A stretch of DNA of 32,000 nt, taken from contig NZ_LN831039.1 in assembly GCF_001457595.1 (NCBI RefSeq), positions 270,001 through 302,000 of the forward strand, in the 5' to 3' direction. Both the position numbers and the translations under genes were made by a program. The notes beneath the pieces are model-generated. The model was given only the letters and a program-made list of their open reading frames with translations, was not told the origin of the DNA and searched no databases. This stretch comes from Mycolicibacterium smegmatis (GTDB taxonomy: Bacteria > Actinomycetota > Actinomycetes > Mycobacteriales > Mycobacteriaceae). Below, piece after piece: positions 28,528 through 32,000 of this stretch (its first letter is position 1; each line of letters opens with the position of its first letter).

Positions 28528-29990
28528 GCACCGCGACGGAAGAACCCACACCGGACCCGATCGCCGAGGCGGACGCACTCGTCGCCGCGGTCGACCCTGG
28601 GCTGAGCTCACCCGGTGTCCAGGCCCGCGACGTCATCCTCGTGACGGGTCCCTGGCTCGCGGGCACGTCGAGTGTCCTGGCGGCACTGCGGGAACGGATG
28701 CCCCAGCACACGTTCGTCGAGTCCGACGACCTGCTGGCCGGCGAGGCGCCCAAGGCAGTGGTGTTCGTGGTCTCGGCCGCCGCGCCGATCACCGAATCAG
28801 ACTGTGCGCTACTGGATCTGACGACCCAGTACACCGATCTGGTGGTGGGCGCGGTGTCCAAGATCGACGCGCACCGCAACTGGCGCGACGTGTGTGAGGC
28901 CGACGCCAAGACCTGCGCCGCGCGGTCGCAGCGCTACGAACGGATGCCGTGGGCCGGCGTCGCCGCTGCCCCCGATCTCGGTGAACCCCGGGTCGATGAG
29001 CTCGTGACCGCGCTCACCGAGCTTTCGGGTAATCCAGACATGTTGCGGCGCAACAGGTTACGTGCCTGGGAGGCGCGGCTGGAAGCCGTCATCGGCCGAT
29101 ACGAGGCAGACGCGTCAGGGGCCGACCGCAAGACGCGGCTGGAGACGCTGCGCGAGCGGCGCGCCGAGATCAACCGCACGCGCAGGCTCACCAAGACCGA
29201 ACGCAGTGTCGCCCTGCGCAGTCAGTTGCAGCAGGCGCGCGTGCAACTCGGTTACTTCGCGCGCAACCGGTGCAACTCGGTGCGCACCGAACTGCAGGAG
29301 GACGTCGCGGCGCTGGGCCGGCGACGGATCGGTGAGTTCGAGACGTACGTGCGCGAGCGCTGCGACACCATCGTCGACGAGGTCCACGAGGGTGTCACGG
29401 TGCACCTCGGCGACGTCGCGTCGGAACTGGGTCTCGACGCGCCCGCGACGCCGGAGCGTCCCTTGGTGCCCGACATCGCATCGCCGCCGCTGAAGACCCG
29501 CACCGTGGAGACCCGCCTGATGGCCGTGCTGGCCGTCGGCTTCGGACTCGGGGTCGCGCTGGCCGTGAGCCGCCTGCTGGCAGGCGCGGCACCTCGTCTC
29601 GCGGTCACGGGCCTGGCGGTCGGGGCGCTGGTCGGGTTGCTGCTGGCGGTGTGGGTGGTGAGCATCCGCGGCCTGTTGCACGACCGGGCGGTCCTCGACC
29701 GGTGGGTCAACGACGCCACCGCGACAGTTCGCTCGGCGGTCGAGGAGCTCGTCGCGACGCGTGTGCTGCAGGCCGAGGCCGATCTCACGACACAACTTGC
29801 CGGTCGTGAGGAGGCCGAAGCCGCGGCGGCCGCCGAGCAGATCGCCGCGATCGACACCGAACTGCGCGAACACGCCGTCGCGACCGCTCGCGCGGCCGCG
29901 CTGAGGGACCGTCGGATACCGCCGTTGCGGCGCGCGCTGGACGCCGTCCGCGCCGATTTGTACGGGGATTCGGCTTCTACTGATGAGTAA
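28524..29990 (+). CDS. GTPase/dynamin-like membrane protein with degenerate P-loop (Rv0210-like)
   Basis: GTG start overlapping the upstream TGA (GTGA). DVILVTGPWLAGTSSVLAALRERM at the P-loop position, DLVVGAVSKIDAHRNW at G4, an Arg-rich coiled-coil region, then two TM segments (LMAVLAVGFGLGVALAVSRLL; LAVTGLAVGALVGLLLAVWVV). Confidence 0.78.
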   Translation: MSTATEEPTPDPIAEADALVAAVDPGLSSPGVQARDVILVTGPWLAGTSSVLAALRERMPQHTFVESDDLLAGEAPKAVVFVVSAAAPITESDCALLDLTTQYTDLVVGAVSKIDAHRNWRDVCEADAKTCAARSQRYERMPWAGVAAAPDLGEPRVDELVTALTELSGNPDMLRRNRLRAWEARLEAVIGRYEADASGADRKTRLETLRERRAEINRTRRLTKTERSVALRSQLQQARVQLGYFARNRCNSVRTELQEDVAALGRRRIGEFETYVRERCDTIVDEVHEGVTVHLGDVASELGLDAPATPERPLVPDIASPPLKTRTVETRLMAVLAVGFGLGVALAVSRLLAGAAPRLAVTGLAVGALVGLLLAVWVVSIRGLLHDRAVLDRWVNDATATVRSAVEELVATRVLQAEADLTTQLAGREEAEAAAAAEQIAAIDTELREHAVATARAAALRDRRIPPLRRALDAVRADLYGDSASTDE

Positions 29991-30147
29991 CCCGGGTGTG
30001 AGCCTGAACTGAATCGTTCCTGTGAGTGATCGGACAGACAACTGGCTCACGGCTCATATGTGACCCGCGTTAACCTCTACCCAAGGGGCAGCCGTAACCG
30101 CGTTGTGACGTGGCTTGGGTTCCAGAAAACCTACGCAGGAGAATTCA

Positions 30148-31974
30148 ATGACCTCAGCGACCATTCCGGGTTTGGACACCGCACCGACTAAACATCAGGG
30201 ACTGCTGGCGTGGGTCCAGGAGGTTGCGGAGCTGACGCAGCCGGATCGGGTGGTGTTCGCCGACGGCTCCGACGAGGAGTACGAGCGGCTGTGCGCCCAC
30301 CTCGTCGAGGCCGGCACCTTCCAGAAGCTCAATCCCGAGAAGCAGCCCAATTCGTACCTCGCGCTTTCCGATCCGTCCGACGTCGCGCGTGTCGAATCCC
30401 GCACCTTCATCTGCACCGAGCGTGAGATCGACGCGGGTCCGACCAACAACTGGATGGACCCGGCCGAGATGCGCGGCATCATGACCGACCTGTACCGGGG
30501 CTCGATGCGCGGCCGCACGCTCTACGTGGTCCCGTTCTGCATGGGCCCGCTGGATGCCGAGGACCCCAAGCTCGGCGTCGAGATCACCGACTCGGAATAC
30601 GTCGTCGTCTCGATGCGCACCATGACCCGCATGGGCCGGGCCGCGCTGGACAAGCTCGGTGACGACGGCTTCTTCGTCAAGGCCCTGCACTCGATCGGCG
30701 CTCCGCTCGAGCCCGGTCAGAAAGACGTGCCATGGCCGTGCAACGACACCAAGTACATCACCCACTTCCCCGAGACCCGTGAGATCTGGAGCTTCGGCTC
30801 GGGCTACGGCGGCAACGCGCTGCTGGGCAAGAAGTGCTACTCGCTGCGCATCGCGTCGGCCATGGCCCACGACGAGGGCTGGCTCGCCGAGCACATGCTG
30901 ATCCTCAAGCTGATCAGCCCCGAGAACAAGGCGTACTTCATCGCCGCGGCGTTCCCGTCGGCGTGCGGCAAGACCAACCTCGCGATGCTGCAGCCCACCA
31001 TTGAAGGCTGGCGCGCCGAGACCGTCGGCGACGACATCGCGTGGATGCGCTTCGGCAAGGACGGCCGCCTGTATGCGACCAACCCCGAGTTCGGCTTCTT
31101 CGGCGTCGCGCCCGGCACCAACTGGTCGTCGAACCCCAACGCCATGAAGACCATCGCCGCGGGCAACACCGTGTTCACCAACGTCGCCAAGACCGACGAC
31201 GGTGACGTGTGGTGGGAGGGCCTCGAGGGCGACCCGCAGCACCTCATCGACTGGAAGGGCAACGACTGGACGCCGGAGTCCGGTGAGAAGGCCGCCCACC
31301 CCAACTCGCGGTACTGCACCCCGATCTCGCAGTGCCCGACGCTGGCGCCCGAGTGGGACGACCCGCAGGGTGTGCCGATCTCGGCGATCCTGTTCGGCGG
31401 CCGCCGCAAGACCACGGTCCCGCTGATCACCGAGGCCCGCGACTGGCAGCACGGCGTGTTCATCGGTGCCACCCTGGGTTCGGAGCAGACCGCCGCAGCC
31501 GAGGGCAAGGTGGGCACCGTGCGCCGCGACCCGATGGCCATGCTGCCGTTCCTGGGCTACAACGTCGGTGACTACTTCGCGCACTGGATCAACGTGGGCA
31601 AGAACGCCGACGAGTCCAAGCTGCCCAAGGTGTTCTTCGTCAACTGGTTCCGTCGCGGCGACGACGGCCGCTTCCTGTGGCCGGGCTTCGGCGAGAACAG
31701 CCGCGTGCTCAAATGGGCCGTCGAGCGCATCGAGCACAAGGCCGACGGCAAGAGCACCCCGATCGGCATCGTGCCGACCGCGGCCGACCTCGACCTCGAA
31801 GGCCTCGATGTGGACCCCGCCGACGTTGACGAGGCGCTCGCCGTCAAGCCCGAGGAGTGGCGTGCCGAGCTCCCGTTGATCGAGGAGTGGTTCGAGTTCG
31901 TCGGTGAGAAGCTGCCGACCGGCCTCAAGGACGAGTTCGACGCGCTCAAGCACCGCCTGTCCGAAGAGGGCTAA
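30148..31974 (+). CDS. pckG: Phosphoenolpyruvate carboxykinase (GTP)
   Basis: [62 protein letters not shown]...[50 protein letters not shown] upstream; about 608 aa. Confidence 0.98.
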   Translation: MTSATIPGLDTAPTKHQGLLAWVQEVAELTQPDRVVFADGSDEEYERLCAHLVEAGTFQKLNPEKQPNSYLALSDPSDVARVESRTFICTEREIDAGPTNNWMDPAEMRGIMTDLYRGSMRGRTLYVVPFCMGPLDAEDPKLGVEITDSEYVVVSMRTMTRMGRAALDKLGDDGFFVKALHSIGAPLEPGQKDVPWPCNDTKYITHFPETREIWSFGSGYGGNALLGKKCYSLRIASAMAHDEGWLAEHMLILKLISPENKAYFIAAAFPSACGKTNLAMLQPTIEGWRAETVGDDIAWMRFGKDGRLYATNPEFGFFGVAPGTNWSSNPNAMKTIAAGNTVFTNVAKTDDGDVWWEGLEGDPQHLIDWKGNDWTPESGEKAAHPNSRYCTPISQCPTLAPEWDDPQGVPISAILFGGRRKTTVPLITEARDWQHGVFIGATLGSEQTAAAEGKVGTVRRDPMAMLPFLGYNVGDYFAHWINVGKNADESKLPKVFFVNWFRRGDDGRFLWPGFGENSRVLKWAVERIEHKADGKSTPIGIVPTAADLDLEGLDVDPADVDEALAVKPEEWRAELPLIEEWFEFVGEKLPTGLKDEFDALKHRLSEEG

Positions 31975-32000
31975 CCGCTTTTTCGTCGAGCCTGTAGTTA

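Noticed and set aside
30154-31953. 599-aa minus-strand ORF over pckG
   Set aside because: Antisense shadow frame of pckG; no domain similarity.
1-32000. CRISPR arrays, tRNA/rRNA genes, prophage or defence islands
   Set aside because: No regularly spaced repeats, no recognisable tRNA or rRNA sequence, and no phage or defence genes were found beyond the single transposase.

Overview
This is an ordinary-looking mycobacterial core chromosome segment. Gene content and order match the M. smegmatis-type counterpart of the M. tuberculosis Rv0189c-Rv0211 region (recognised from protein sequence and gene order; no database search was run). The left edge is accessory: a truncated IS1380-family transposase next to an apparent C-terminal gene remnant. 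From left to right: ilvD, ricR with a perfect TACCC-N5-GGGTA operator, a thiamine-binding-like protein, an MFS transporter, an LdtMt3-like L,D-transpeptidase, a strong bidirectional terminator, zmp1, omamA/omamB, a CoA-binding protein plus a metY-like gene, an Rv0201c-like protein plus mmpL11, two tandem hemophore-like genes, a PrrA-like response regulator plus histidine kinase, a DUF3054/M23 lipoprotein/flippase-fold membrane protein operon, an AI-2E-type transporter, mmpL3/NYN/trmB, a pair of GTPase-like genes (Rv0209/Rv0210-like), and pckG. I found no CRISPR array, prophage, defence island or obvious new multi-gene system. The observations most worth a second look are: (1) the paired GTPase-like proteins, which both lack the P-loop lysine but keep an (N/S)KxD motif; (2) a frameshift in the 3' part of mmpL3, with the authentic-looking tail in another frame; (3) a 12-bp inverted repeat overlapping the Shine-Dalgarno of the first hemophore-like gene; (4) the RicR operator lying between ricR and ilvD; (5) the insertion-element-truncated gene.
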